NCBI GenBank assembly: GCA_028822845.1
Contig: JAPKCS010000001.1
Span: 159,964-223,963 of the forward strand
Direction: 5' to 3'
Source: Candidatus Poseidoniaceae archaeon
Lineage (GTDB): Archaea > Thermoplasmatota > Poseidoniia > Poseidoniales > Poseidoniaceae
Length of the DNA stretch: 64,000 nucleotides
Positions 47,890 to 57,571 of this stretch are shown here, in pieces (position 1 is the stretch's first letter; each line of letters starts with the position of its first letter). The position numbers and the translations under genes are program-made. The notes beneath the pieces are model-generated. The model was given only the letters and a program-made list of their open reading frames with translations. It searched no databases and was not told the DNA's origin.

Positions 47890-50800
47890 TTGATGACAGA
47901 CGAAATGTTCGGTAATGCCACTGAAAAGAAGGCACTTTTCCTTGTGTTCTGCATGTTGCTGGCTGTTGTGCCACTCTCGAATGCTGCGGCAGAAGATATT
48001 GGCGATGAAAACAACCTTCAAGCTCAAGAAATCTCCGCGACCTTCGACCCATCAAGCGAGACAACGACCATCTCCTGGCGCAACATTGATTTCGATGGTT
48101 CGGTCTTGCAGGGCCTCTTTTCTGCAACGTACAATGTCTACCGTTCTGAAGATCCAATCACCTCGATTTCAGCACCCGGTCTCACACCGTTTGTCTCAGG
48201 CATCACCGCTTGTTCAGCGGCACAAGTTGTCAATGACGCTTTCAAGTGCAGAGGCATCAACGGTACCGTCGATTACCACACGGCCTCGTTCTTGGTTCCA
48301 CCCGGTGTCAACGGCTCGTTTTACTACGCTGTGACAACAACGCTTGCTGATGGCACTGAACTGCTGGACCTCGATGTTGGTGCTTCCGTTATCCAATCTC
48401 CAGTTGAAGAGGTGACCACACCGATTCGTACCCCCTACAACCTCGCTGCATCCTTCAACCCTGAACTTAGCAAGACCACATTGACCTGGGTCAATTACAA
48501 CGATATTTTCCCCATCCTGCCTGAGACAGGTGACAATGCTTACCAAATTAACATCTGGCGCGCTGACTACCAAATCACACGAGGAAACGGTGCAGACATG
48601 ATCGCCACCAATTCTCCAGTTGCCACCCTCACAGCAGGGACATCAAGCGTTGTGTTGGACATTCCAACAAGCACAGATCGAGATGTATACTACGCCGTGA
48701 CCTATGTGTTACCAAACTGGACGGTCGCTGGTGAAGATTACCAAGATATCCGCTTCCTATCGAACAATGCCATGAGCAGTGTGTTGGTGGAAGACAACAT
48801 GCCACCTTCACAGGTAGGCATTATGTATGCAGAATTCATTGCAACACCAAGCGGTGGCGGCGGAACGACCACAATCTCATGGACCGATGTTCCTGATGAA
48901 ACCGGTGAATCATACCGAATCTACATGTCCGGCAATCCGTTTTCTACCATTATCAGTTCTGACGTGCAGTTGATTGCTACGATTTCTGAAGGTGTTGGAT
49001 CATTCAATTACAACGTGCCAATCGGGCGCCTCGGCTATGCCAACTACTGCATCATCACCATCGATTTGTATGGTGTTTACAGCGCCAACACAACCGTTAA
49101 TTCCTGTGCAGGCCCTCTGTATGAAGATGCATTCACACCGTGGATTGCCGAACCAACCCAAGTCGTCGCTGCCTTCATCGGCGAGCAAACGACACGCGTC
49201 ACTTGGCAAGACCAACTCGGTGTTGAAGGCGAACGCTACCACGTCTGGCGTTCCAACTTCCGTGTCACTGGTGCTGAGTTCGTAGCAAATCAATCGATGG
49301 AATGGCTTGGCTCTGTCAGCGACGGCATCGGTACGTTTGACGTCACACTTGACTCTGATATTCTTCGCGACAACGCTCATTACTATGTGACGACAGAAGC
49401 ACTCTACGGTCACGTGAACGGCACCTACATGGACACACGACTGAATCAGAATCACTTCGGACCAATTTCTGAAGACACACGTGCTCCGAATCCAGCTCGG
49501 ATCAAGGAAGCGAGTTCGCTTGGCGCACTGAACCTCATCACCCTTGAATGGTTCAACGAACAGGAAGTCAATGAAGGGTACGAAGTCTGGCGACACTACG
49601 GTGTACCATTCGGCGTAAACGAAGATCAAATTGGAGCCATCACTGACGACGGATGGGAATTCGTTCAGGGTGACATCAGACCTGGTCTCGGCGTCCAGAG
49701 CACCATTGTCCGCCAACTCCCGATTCCAGAAGGTGTTGACCGCGAAGTGTGGTACGCTGTGATCATTGAAGATCAATGGGGCAACCAAAACGCTGAGATG
49801 TTCAACGGCATCGGTGGCAACGCAGTGAAAATTGATGAAGACACCAAATTCCCAGAAGCCTCAATGATGCTTCTGGATGAGAGCGGATCAGCGTTCCAGA
49901 GCCCTTCGTTAGTTTCTGGCACCTATGTGCTTCAAGTTGAAATCGATGAATACCTCCAAGGCAATCCATCGGTCAACATCACCACCGTTGCTGGCGGTGA
50001 CATTTCAGGTGGTGACATCGAAATGAACATGATTGCGGACAACAATAACAATCCTGACCGTGGACCAGTTTACGCCTTTGAATTCTTCATCAGCGAGAAC
50101 ACCGTTGCAGGTGAGATGCTGATTGAATTGATGATGGAAGACGAATCTGGCAACGAAGTCAGTCAAAGTTGGACTGACCGATCTGTCGATGCAAGACGCC
50201 CTACAGTGTCCATCTTTTCTCCTTCCTCAGGGAATGACGGTTCGAAGTACCTGTACGGAAATTCGATTCAACTGCTCGCTGGAGCGACCGACGACGTGAT
50301 GATTACTTCGTTCCAATACAAATTCACCTACAACTACGGAACCGGGGAATCTCAATCAACACCTTGGTCAGAAGCCACAACGGTGACTGATTTAGACGGT
50401 GACAACCGCTCAATGGTGCTCGATTTGGAATTCTCAGCCGGCAATTTTGAGGCTGGTCAACATGCTGTTTACGTGCGGGCCATCGATTCAGCTGGAAATG
50501 AAGTGTCCAAGAACGTCATCTTCGTTGTCGACCAGTGCCGACACCGCATGGATGGAACAACTTCCTGCAACTACGTGGAATCGCTGAAACCCGTACCTGA
50601 ACCAATCATTGTCACCCCATCCATGTCAGACCCACCATACGTCTTGGTTTGGGTCCTCACAGGTGTGTTCGTTGTTTCATTGCTTGTTATGTTCATGATT
50701 CTTCAAACCAGCATGTCTGGTCCAAAGAAGAAGAAAGCCAAGGCAGGCGATGAAGAAGAAGACGACGACTGGATGTCAGAATTCATTGGGACATCTCAAG

Positions 50801-51147
50801 AGCTTGATATGGACGCAATGACCGACGTAAGCGGCGGCGATGACAAGAAGGAGGAAGAAACTAAAGATGTGCCTCCTGCTGAACTCAAGAAGGAAGACGA
50901 TCCCTTCGCAGTGAACCTCGTCAAAAGGAAGACTCGCAACAAAAAGGCTGCAGTTGATGAGGAAGAGGAAGAGGACGAAGACGAAGACGATGACGACAAC
51001 ATGTTCCACTGGGATGATGAGGACGAAGACGAAGAAGAGGAGGACGAACCTGCTCCAGTCGCAACGAAGCGAACCGTTGGTCGTCGAGTCGCACCACGCA
51101 AGGCACCAACACGCCGAGCGGTCGGTCGTAAGAAAAGCAAAGACTGA
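47890..51147 (+). CDS. Large secreted, membrane-anchored protein with FN3/Ig-like repeats and a charged cytoplasmic tail
   Basis: Signal peptide; repeated TT(I/L).W...Y.(V/I)(W/Y)R...YYAV units; VRAIDSAGN; TM helix; acidic then basic tail. Start between 47890 and 47905. Confidence 0.85.
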   Translation: MMTDEMFGNATEKKALFLVFCMLLAVVPLSNAAAEDIGDENNLQAQEISATFDPSSETTTISWRNIDFDGSVLQGLFSATYNVYRSEDPITSISAPGLTPFVSGITACSAAQVVNDAFKCRGINGTVDYHTASFLVPPGVNGSFYYAVTTTLADGTELLDLDVGASVIQSPVEEVTTPIRTPYNLAASFNPELSKTTLTWVNYNDIFPILPETGDNAYQINIWRADYQITRGNGADMIATNSPVATLTAGTSSVVLDIPTSTDRDVYYAVTYVLPNWTVAGEDYQDIRFLSNNAMSSVLVEDNMPPSQVGIMYAEFIATPSGGGGTTTISWTDVPDETGESYRIYMSGNPFSTIISSDVQLIATISEGVGSFNYNVPIGRLGYANYCIITIDLYGVYSANTTVNSCAGPLYEDAFTPWIAEPTQVVAAFIGEQTTRVTWQDQLGVEGERYHVWRSNFRVTGAEFVANQSMEWLGSVSDGIGTFDVTLDSDILRDNAHYYVTTEALYGHVNGTYMDTRLNQNHFGPISEDTRAPNPARIKEASSLGALNLITLEWFNEQEVNEGYEVWRHYGVPFGVNEDQIGAITDDGWEFVQGDIRPGLGVQSTIVRQLPIPEGVDREVWYAVIIEDQWGNQNAEMFNGIGGNAVKIDEDTKFPEASMMLLDESGSAFQSPSLVSGTYVLQVEIDEYLQGNPSVNITTVAGGDISGGDIEMNMIADNNNNPDRGPVYAFEFFISENTVAGEMLIELMMEDESGNEVSQSWTDRSVDARRPTVSIFSPSSGNDGSKYLYGNSIQLLAGATDDVMITSFQYKFTYNYGTGESQSTPWSEATTVTDLDGDNRSMVLDLEFSAGNFEAGQHAVYVRAIDSAGNEVSKNVIFVVDQCRHRMDGTTSCNYVESLKPVPEPIIVTPSMSDPPYVLVWVLTGVFVVSLLVMFMILQTSMSGPKKKKAKAGDEEEDDDWMSEFIGTSQELDMDAMTDVSGGDDKKEEETKDVPPAELKKEDDPFAVNLVKRKTRNKKAAVDEEEEEDEDEDDDDNMFHWDDEDEDEEEEDEPAPVATKRTVGRRVAPRKAPTRRAVGRKKSKD

Positions 51148-51198
51148 CCTTCCTGTTTAAGCGGTGAAATCAAGACCTGAGCCTCGTTGCATTTGCCT

Positions 51199-52371
51199 AT
51201 GGGCGAGGCTTCTGTGGCAAAGGAAGAGACGAATCAAGACCTTACCGAACAGGTCGAGGTGGTTTTTGACCGTCTTATTGATTCATTCAATCCAATGCAC
51301 AACAAATTGAATTGGTTGCTCCTTGCCTTCCCAGTTGCTCTGTGGGCGAATTTGAGCGGGCAGGGCGAGATTGCTTTCGTTTTCTCTATGGTCGCCATCA
51401 TGCCGCTTGCTTTCCTCATGGGGAAGGCAACCGAAGAGATTGCATTGCGGACTGGTGAAACGGTTGGTGGTTTACTCAACGCTACTTTTGGCAATGCAGT
51501 CGAGATGATCATCGCTGGTTTGGCCCTTTATACGGCTTCAAAATCCTTTGACCAAGAAACCATTGACACCATGATCACCGTTACTCAAGCCTCACTTATT
51601 GGTTCTATTCTGGGCAACCTTCTGCTCGTACTTGGCCTCGCTATGGTGTGGGGCGGTGTGAACCACAAGATCCAGCATTTCAACCATGATTCAGGCCAAA
51701 TGAATGGCTCCTTGTTGTTGCTTGCGATCGTTGCGTTCATCATTCCAAGCGCTGTTAATTACGCTGGCGGTAATGCTGATGCAGTGCGCGATCTTTCGCA
51801 CTATGCAGCGATTATCTTGCTCATCATCTACGGCCTTGCTCTGCTGTTCCAACTCAAAACACACGTCGATGTGTTTGCAACTGAAGCCGGCCATGGTACA
51901 CATGAAGATCCGACAATGAGCATTCGAGATGCTTGGGCATTGTTGCTGTTTGCAACAGCAATGGTCGGGTGGATGGCTCACATTTTGGTTCACAATTTGG
52001 AAACTGCTGTTCACGAGCTTGGTATGCCTGAATTGTTTATTGGCGTCATTCTCGTGCCATTCTTCGGCAACGCAGCAGAACACTTCGCAGCAGTGCTCGT
52101 GGCTGGGAAGGACAAAATGGACCTCGCCATCGCCATTGCCATCGGTTCCAGTGTTCAAATCGCCCTCTTCGTGGCGCCGGCCATGGTCCTTCTCGGTTGG
52201 GCGCTCAAGGTTCCTCTGACGTTAGAATTCGGACTTCTTGAAACTTCAGCGACCTTCATTGCCGTTCTGGTAGCGAACTCAATTTTAGCAGACGGCAAGA
52301 CAAACTGGCTTGAAGGCGCCATGCTGCTTGGCAGCTATACCATTCTTGGCGCAGCCTTTTTCTTACTTTGA
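51199..52371 (+). CDS. cax: Calcium/proton exchanger (CAX/ChaA family)
   Basis: GGLLNATFGNAVE, GSILGNLLLVLG, GNAAEH, GSSVQIALFV.P and DGKTNWLEG. Confidence 0.93.
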   Translation: MGEASVAKEETNQDLTEQVEVVFDRLIDSFNPMHNKLNWLLLAFPVALWANLSGQGEIAFVFSMVAIMPLAFLMGKATEEIALRTGETVGGLLNATFGNAVEMIIAGLALYTASKSFDQETIDTMITVTQASLIGSILGNLLLVLGLAMVWGGVNHKIQHFNHDSGQMNGSLLLLAIVAFIIPSAVNYAGGNADAVRDLSHYAAIILLIIYGLALLFQLKTHVDVFATEAGHGTHEDPTMSIRDAWALLLFATAMVGWMAHILVHNLETAVHELGMPELFIGVILVPFFGNAAEHFAAVLVAGKDKMDLAIAIAIGSSVQIALFVAPAMVLLGWALKVPLTLEFGLLETSATFIAVLVANSILADGKTNWLEGAMLLGSYTILGAAFFLL

Positions 52372-52385
52372 ATGGAGTGAAATGA

Positions 52386-52922
52386 ATGAAAAAATTTGGC
52401 TACGCTCTGATCTTAATTTCAACATTGCTGTTGGTCGGTGGGACCGTTGGTTTCACTATGGAAGGAACCGTTGATGACGTCCCTACACCCAACGTCCAAG
52501 GTTTGGTTTTCTTTGCTGACGATCCCTTGGCCGGTAACGCAGCAGCCCTTATCCTCAACGCCGATACCACCCTTACTTGGGATCGAGATGATATCTTCGT
52601 CGTTATTGCTGACGGTGGAAAAAAGAAACAATGCGATGATATGGCAAACGGTGGAAGCTTGAGTGGTTTTGACACCACCAGCAAAATCTGTTCCTATGGA
52701 GATGATGGCTATGCCGCTGGGGGAGATGACGGCGAAAAGGGTGTTGACTGGCGGGTTGCTTCTGGCGAATTCTATGCTGGGATTGGCACCAAAGACGGAG
52801 TGCTCCCCGGGGGCACGGACCTCAACATTGGCTATTCCATTGACCTTGCACTGAGCGCTGTCGGGTATCTTTTCTTGCTTCTTGGCGAGGGTGCAGGCTT
52901 TGTCCTCACCCGTCAAGATTGA
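52386..52922 (+). CDS. Hypothetical membrane-anchored protein
   Basis: N- and C-terminal hydrophobic helices with a Cys pair between; GGAGTGA SD. Confidence 0.7.
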   Translation: MKKFGYALILISTLLLVGGTVGFTMEGTVDDVPTPNVQGLVFFADDPLAGNAAALILNADTTLTWDRDDIFVVIADGGKKKQCDDMANGGSLSGFDTTSKICSYGDDGYAAGGDDGEKGVDWRVASGEFYAGIGTKDGVLPGGTDLNIGYSIDLALSAVGYLFLLLGEGAGFVLTRQD

Positions 52923-52925
52923 GGT

Positions 52926-54185
52926 TCACTCGACACCATCGTAATACGACATAACGGCTTCATCGAGGTCCATCCATGATTGGCGTTCATCGAGGGTCTT
53001 GGTGGTGCCATCGAAGCGCAACGCTTCTCCGTCGACCCAAAGGTCGAGGCATGATGCTCCATTGAACAAGAGGTTGGTGATGTGTCGGTTGTTCGATCGG
53101 CCAACAGGTCGCATGCGCACATCATCAATGTCCCAGACCGCCCAATCTTTGCTTCCTTTGGTCGCCATCGTGAACGCATCATTCGCGGTCATGAGGGTTG
53201 GGTCCCAGTGGTCATGGCGTTGAACGAGGGCGGCGAGGCGAGCCTCAGCAAGCAGGTCGAGCCCACTTCCGGAAGAGGCGGCTCCATCCGTGCCGAGTCG
53301 CACATCAACACCTGCTTCATTGAACGCAGGCAGGGACAAGGTGCCACCGCATGCTAATTTCATGTTCGATGAGGGGCAATGAACCGCCGTTACTTCGTGA
53401 CGGGCAAGGGTGCGGATTTCGTTTTTCTTCATCCACGAGGCGTGAGCGCAGACCGTTCCAGGTTGAAAGAAGTCGATGCTGTCCAGGTATTCGACGGGAT
53501 ACATGCCTGTTGCCTCATGGCAATCTGCGACTTCCTTGCGGGTCTCACTCACGTGAATATGCAAACGGGCGTTTCGACGTTCAGCAAGTTCTGAAGCCCT
53601 CCGAAGGGTTTCTTCACTGCACAGGTAGACCGAGTGGGTTGCGATGGCGTATTGCACCTTATCGAGCGGTGACTGTTGCTTGAGCATCACATCAAGTTCC
53701 TCGAGGGCTGAGGCCGCATCATCGTGTGAAGGCAATGCAGCATCGCTGACAGGACCGCCGACAAGACCCCGTAGGCCGGCGTCGTTGAGCACCTTACCAG
53801 TGACGGCGGGATAGAAGTACATGTCAGCAGCAAAGGTGGTGCCTGTTTTGATCAGTTCAGCAGCAGCGGCTTGTGCACCTACGCGAACAAACTCAGGCGT
53901 GATTTTAGCTTCAGTAGGGAAGATTGCTTCGTTCAACCATCGGTGAAGCGGAAAGCCGTCGCTGAAGTCTCGAGCGTTGAGTTGCATGGCCAAATGCGTG
54001 TGCCAATTCTGTAAACTTCGTGTGATTAAACGGCTTGAGCCATCGACGTCTAAGCTGACATCTTCATCCCCATTTGATGGGGCCCAAGACCCGTCATCGT
54101 GCAACAACACATCTCCGATGTGCCTCTTGCCGACCTCATCGTAGAGCACAGTGTTGCGGTAACGCACCGCTCCGTCTTCGCCCAT
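52926..54185 (-). CDS. Amidohydrolase, MTA/SAH deaminase-like
   Basis: NWHTH, GTT..ADMYF, HSVYLC, HIHVSET, AHASW, HCPSSNMKLA and LGTDG. Start set at ATG 54185 (TTGAT box at -29) because the longer ORF runs through the tRNA. Confidence 0.85.
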   Translation of the reverse strand: MGEDGAVRYRNTVLYDEVGKRHIGDVLLHDDGSWAPSNGDEDVSLDVDGSSRLITRSLQNWHTHLAMQLNARDFSDGFPLHRWLNEAIFPTEAKITPEFVRVGAQAAAAELIKTGTTFAADMYFYPAVTGKVLNDAGLRGLVGGPVSDAALPSHDDAASALEELDVMLKQQSPLDKVQYAIATHSVYLCSEETLRRASELAERRNARLHIHVSETRKEVADCHEATGMYPVEYLDSIDFFQPGTVCAHASWMKKNEIRTLARHEVTAVHCPSSNMKLACGGTLSLPAFNEAGVDVRLGTDGAASSGSGLDLLAEARLAALVQRHDHWDPTLMTANDAFTMATKGSKDWAVWDIDDVRMRPVGRSNNRHITNLLFNGASCLDLWVDGEALRFDGTTKTLDERQSWMDLDEAVMSYYDGVE

Positions 54186-54268
54186 GGAATGGCGTGGAGC
54201 CCCCCCCTCATCAACGCTGGCTTTTCGACCGTGTGGCTTATGTTCATCAGCCTCCGCCCACAACTTGC

Positions 54269-54344
54269 GCCACTGTGGCTTAGCTGGTATAGCACCTGAT
54301 TCGTAATCAGGAGGTCGGGAGTTCGAATCTCCCCAGTGGCTCCA
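54269..54344 (+). tRNA. tRNA-Thr (CGT)
   Basis: GCCACTG/CAGTGGC acceptor stem, CCTGA-TTCGTAA-TCAGG anticodon arm, GGGAG-TTCGAAT-CTCCC T arm and encoded CCA. Confidence 0.95.
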
Positions 54345-54345
54345 A

Positions 54346-55608
54346 TCACAACGTGTTGATCGAGGATTGAGTTTCCATCGAGAACGCTCTTGCACTTGCT
54401 TCCAAACCAGCGACTGCAGGTAGACTGCGTCCTGAAATATAATCCAAGCAGGCCCCGCCACCGGTGGATACGTGTCCCATTTTTGAGGCGAGGTTTCGTT
54501 TCATGATCAGGGTCGCTGTGTGGCCTCCACCAACCACGACATAGCCCTCTGATTCAGCGCAAGCGTTGAGCATCTCAATGGTGCCCAAAGCGAAGTCAGG
54601 CAGTTCAAACACACCTGCAGGGCCATTCAAGTGAACGGTCCCAGCCTGCTTGATAGCCACTGAAAGGTTTCGAATGGACTGGATGCCTAAATCAAAGATT
54701 GGTGCAGAGATCGGTAATTGATCGAGGGACATGTCCACGCGATTGTCTTCGATGTTTGCTGCAACATCCACAGGCAAACGAATCTTACCTGGGAAATCAG
54801 CGAGCAAAGCCTTGGCTTTTTCAACGGTGGAGTACCATTGTTTACCCAATTCCCCAACCAAGAAATCATGATTGATCAACCCGATGTCATGGCCAGCGAG
54901 TTCAATCATGAGGTTCGCCACACCACCAGTGACCCATACTTCGTCGCAGATATCGTTACGAAGCATGTTGTCAGCAACAGCAATTGAATCGTCGACCTTC
55001 ACGCCACCAAGCACAGCAATGCAGGGCCGAGCAGGATTTTCGAGCGCCTGATCGAGTTTTTTAATTTCCTCGGCCATCAGTTCTCCAGCCACACAGGGGA
55101 TCAAGTTGGTGAATCCAACACCAGAGGGTGTGGCTCGATGTGCACAAGCAAAGGCGTCGTAGACAAAGAGGTCCGCAACGCTTGCAAGTTTCTGAACCAT
55201 TTGAGTCTCAGCCATATCATCAAAGGTTCCCTTCGTGTTGATTTCTTCATCGTACATCCGTACGTTGTTGAGCATCAAGATGTCACCATCGCTCATGACT
55301 TCTATGGCTGCCATTGCTTTGTCTCCAGCAAGGTCGTCGACCCACTTGACAGGGCGTCCGAGGATGCGGCCAAGTTCCCGAGCGTGCCCAAGGGTGCTTG
55401 TGAAATCATTTTTTCCGGGTCGAGATTGATGGGCCAAGAGGACGACTTTCGATTTTGAAAGACGGTTCAAGGTTGGAACGATGGCCTTGATGCGCGAGTC
55501 ATCAAGGAACAGTTTGGTGTCAGGAGCCATCGGTGAATTGACATCGACACGGACGATTACTGTCCGTCCTTCGACATTGACATTCTCGAGGGTGAGAACA
55601 CTCGCCAT
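54346..55608 (-). CDS. pgk: Phosphoglycerate kinase
   Basis: VRVDVNSP, LAHQSRPG, DAFACAHR, LGGVKV.D, NGPAGVFE, GGGHT and HVSTGGGA. Confidence 0.96.
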   Translation of the reverse strand: MASVLTLENVNVEGRTVIVRVDVNSPMAPDTKLFLDDSRIKAIVPTLNRLSKSKVVLLAHQSRPGKNDFTSTLGHARELGRILGRPVKWVDDLAGDKAMAAIEVMSDGDILMLNNVRMYDEEINTKGTFDDMAETQMVQKLASVADLFVYDAFACAHRATPSGVGFTNLIPCVAGELMAEEIKKLDQALENPARPCIAVLGGVKVDDSIAVADNMLRNDICDEVWVTGGVANLMIELAGHDIGLINHDFLVGELGKQWYSTVEKAKALLADFPGKIRLPVDVAANIEDNRVDMSLDQLPISAPIFDLGIQSIRNLSVAIKQAGTVHLNGPAGVFELPDFALGTIEMLNACAESEGYVVVGGGHTATLIMKRNLASKMGHVSTGGGACLDYISGRSLPAVAGLEASARAFSMETQSSINTL

Positions 55609-55751
55609 TGGTCAGTCCAAACGGTGCGGGTTTTTGATTGAGACGGGTTAAAATCCCCTTTTGCGGTCGGTGGTAACCACTGCTCAATCGCGCGTCTGCC
55701 GGTGGCTGTGTGTCCGAAAGGTGATATAGCCGCGAACATCGCTTCCCAAGG

Positions 55752-56708
55752 ATGGCACGCGAAGCACCCGAAAGGGACACCTCGCTGGAAGGAGCACGCC
55801 GTCGCGCCAGCACCAGCACCTCGTCTTTTGGCGTATCAAGAAGGGAAGGGCATGACGCCTCGACCTACTACGGGAGCAGGTTGAACGAAGGGCTTGTTTC
55901 GAACAGAGAGGTCGGTGAGGAACAACCCTTGCCGCCAACCATGGCAAACACCGTGATTTCTGCTGATTCAAGGAACTTGGACTTGCCAGACAACTGCGTG
56001 CATCTTGTCGTTACTTCTCCACCCTACAACGCCAGCAAAGATTACGATGATGATTTGTCGCTTGGTGAATATTTAGATCTGCTCCACGGCGTCTTTGCCG
56101 AGTGTTACCGTGTGCTTGCCCCAGGGGGCCGTATGGTGATCAACGTCGCGAACCTTGGACGAAAACCGTACATTCCTCTTTCAAGCCACATCAACGTTAT
56201 GATGTCGGAAATTGGCTTCTTGATGCGAGGCGAAATCATTTGGGATAAGTCTGCAAGTGCTGGCTCTTCCTGCGCCTGGGGCTCCTTCCAGAGTGCCAGT
56301 AACCCTTGCCTGCGCGACGTCCATGAATACCTCTTGGTGTTTTCAAAGGGCGATTACAAATTGAAGCGTGACAAAAAAGAACGAGCGGAAGGTCGCATCG
56401 ACACCATACCGAGGGACGATTTCATCAAACACACCAAATCGATCTGGTCGTTTGCTACCGAACGCGCCTCTCGCGTCAATCACCCAGCGCCCTTCCCCGT
56501 CGAATTGCCAAAACGATGCATCGAGATGTACAGCTTTGTTGGTGATGTGGTCCTTGATCCATTCAATGGTTCAGGGACAACATGCGTTGCTGCAAAGTCG
56601 ACAGGTCGAACCTACATCGGTGTTGATCTCTCAGAGGCGTACTGCACGATTGCAGAAAACCGCCTTGACACCGTCGAAGCATGGGTTGCCCCAGAAGTCC
56701 CCGTTTGA
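55752..56708 (+). CDS. Orphan beta-class DNA amino-methyltransferase (N4-C/N6-A)
   Basis: VVTSPPY (motif IV) precedes HPAPFP and VLDPFNGSGTT (motif I); no adjacent nuclease gene. Confidence 0.88.
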   Translation: MAREAPERDTSLEGARRRASTSTSSFGVSRREGHDASTYYGSRLNEGLVSNREVGEEQPLPPTMANTVISADSRNLDLPDNCVHLVVTSPPYNASKDYDDDLSLGEYLDLLHGVFAECYRVLAPGGRMVINVANLGRKPYIPLSSHINVMMSEIGFLMRGEIIWDKSASAGSSCAWGSFQSASNPCLRDVHEYLLVFSKGDYKLKRDKKERAEGRIDTIPRDDFIKHTKSIWSFATERASRVNHPAPFPVELPKRCIEMYSFVGDVVLDPFNGSGTTCVAAKSTGRTYIGVDLSEAYCTIAENRLDTVEAWVAPEVPV

Positions 56709-56711
56709 GGT

Positions 56712-57518
56712 TCACTTCGGTGGCAACACGTTGTCCCATGGACTCTGTGCTGGTTGAGCCGGTTGAGTTTGTTGTTGATTCATTGGGGGCGTAATTGGTG
56801 TTATGGGGACTGCTGCTGGTTGATATGCTTGACCAACCGGGGTCTGGTACCCTGCCTGTGCCACAGGTGCTTGGCTTCCAATTGGCGCAGCGTACACTGA
56901 TTGTCCAACTGTCATTTGTCCAACTGGCATCACGGCGTTGGTTTTCGGATCATCCAACACGAAGGCTAGAATGATGCCGAGAATGGTCAATGGAACAGCA
57001 CAACAGGCGCCAATGAATCCCAAACCCGATGCGGCTATGCCGCCGAGCACGGCCTCCGTACATGCCTCATCACAATACGTCCCTCGAACGTTCACTTTGA
57101 CGTTGCTATCAAAGGTGTATTCCATGCCTGCAGTCATGTGGTCGATGCTTGCATAGAACTCTTCATCACCTGCACTTGCATTCATCTCAGTCCAAAGGGT
57201 ACACCCTCCAAGAACATCTCGGCCGTTGCTGTCAACGATGGTGAGCTGTATCGAATCGCAATCCACGGGGTGGATCACATACACATTGATCTCCCAAGAT
57301 TCATTTCCATCGATGGTAAATGTACCATTGGTTTGCTCTTCAACGTAGCTTTTATTGTCTCCAGCGTCGATGGCGCTGCCGAACCCTACGACCATACCAA
57401 TTGCACTTGCAAAGAACAGGACGACGCCGATGAGGATTGTGACTTTGCTTGCAATGTGCATGTGTGGGTCATGGACTTCATTGTTATCAACGTGTTCATC
57501 AGCGGTATTGCGCCCCAT
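56712..57518 (-). CDS. Hypothetical 2-TM membrane protein with Q/P-rich tail
   Basis: TM, then a Cys-containing loop domain, a second TM and a low-complexity tail. ATG 57518 has TTCAA at -30. Confidence 0.65.
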   Translation of the reverse strand: MGRNTADEHVDNNEVHDPHMHIASKVTILIGVVLFFASAIGMVVGFGSAIDAGDNKSYVEEQTNGTFTIDGNESWEINVYVIHPVDCDSIQLTIVDSNGRDVLGGCTLWTEMNASAGDEEFYASIDHMTAGMEYTFDSNVKVNVRGTYCDEACTEAVLGGIAASGLGFIGACCAVPLTILGIILAFVLDDPKTNAVMPVGQMTVGQSVYAAPIGSQAPVAQAGYQTPVGQAYQPAAVPITPITPPMNQQQTQPAQPAQSPWDNVLPPK

Positions 57519-57543
57519 TTTGGCCCAAGGGATAGGAGCCATT

Positions 57544-57548
57544 TTGAA
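57544..57548. promoter_or_regulatory. Candidate bidirectional TTGAA/TTCAA promoter box
   Basis: At -28 to ATG 57572 (+) and -30 to ATG 57518 (-). Confidence 0.45.
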
Positions 57549-57571
57549 CGGTTGCCATTCACCGTTGGGTA

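Noticed and set aside
50950..51050. GAA/GAC/GAG tandem-like repeats
   Set aside because: Coding for a poly-D/E tract, not an independent DNA repeat.
45540..54344. Genomic island bounded by the two tRNAs
   Set aside because: No integrase, no duplicated tRNA 3' end seen, and the content is housekeeping.
54186..54461. N-terminal extension of the amidohydrolase in the ORF track
   Set aside because: It is the antisense reading of tRNA-Thr and the pgk end; ATG 54185 is a better start.
55752..57518. Restriction-modification system
   Set aside because: The neighbouring ORF is a 2-TM membrane protein without nuclease motifs.
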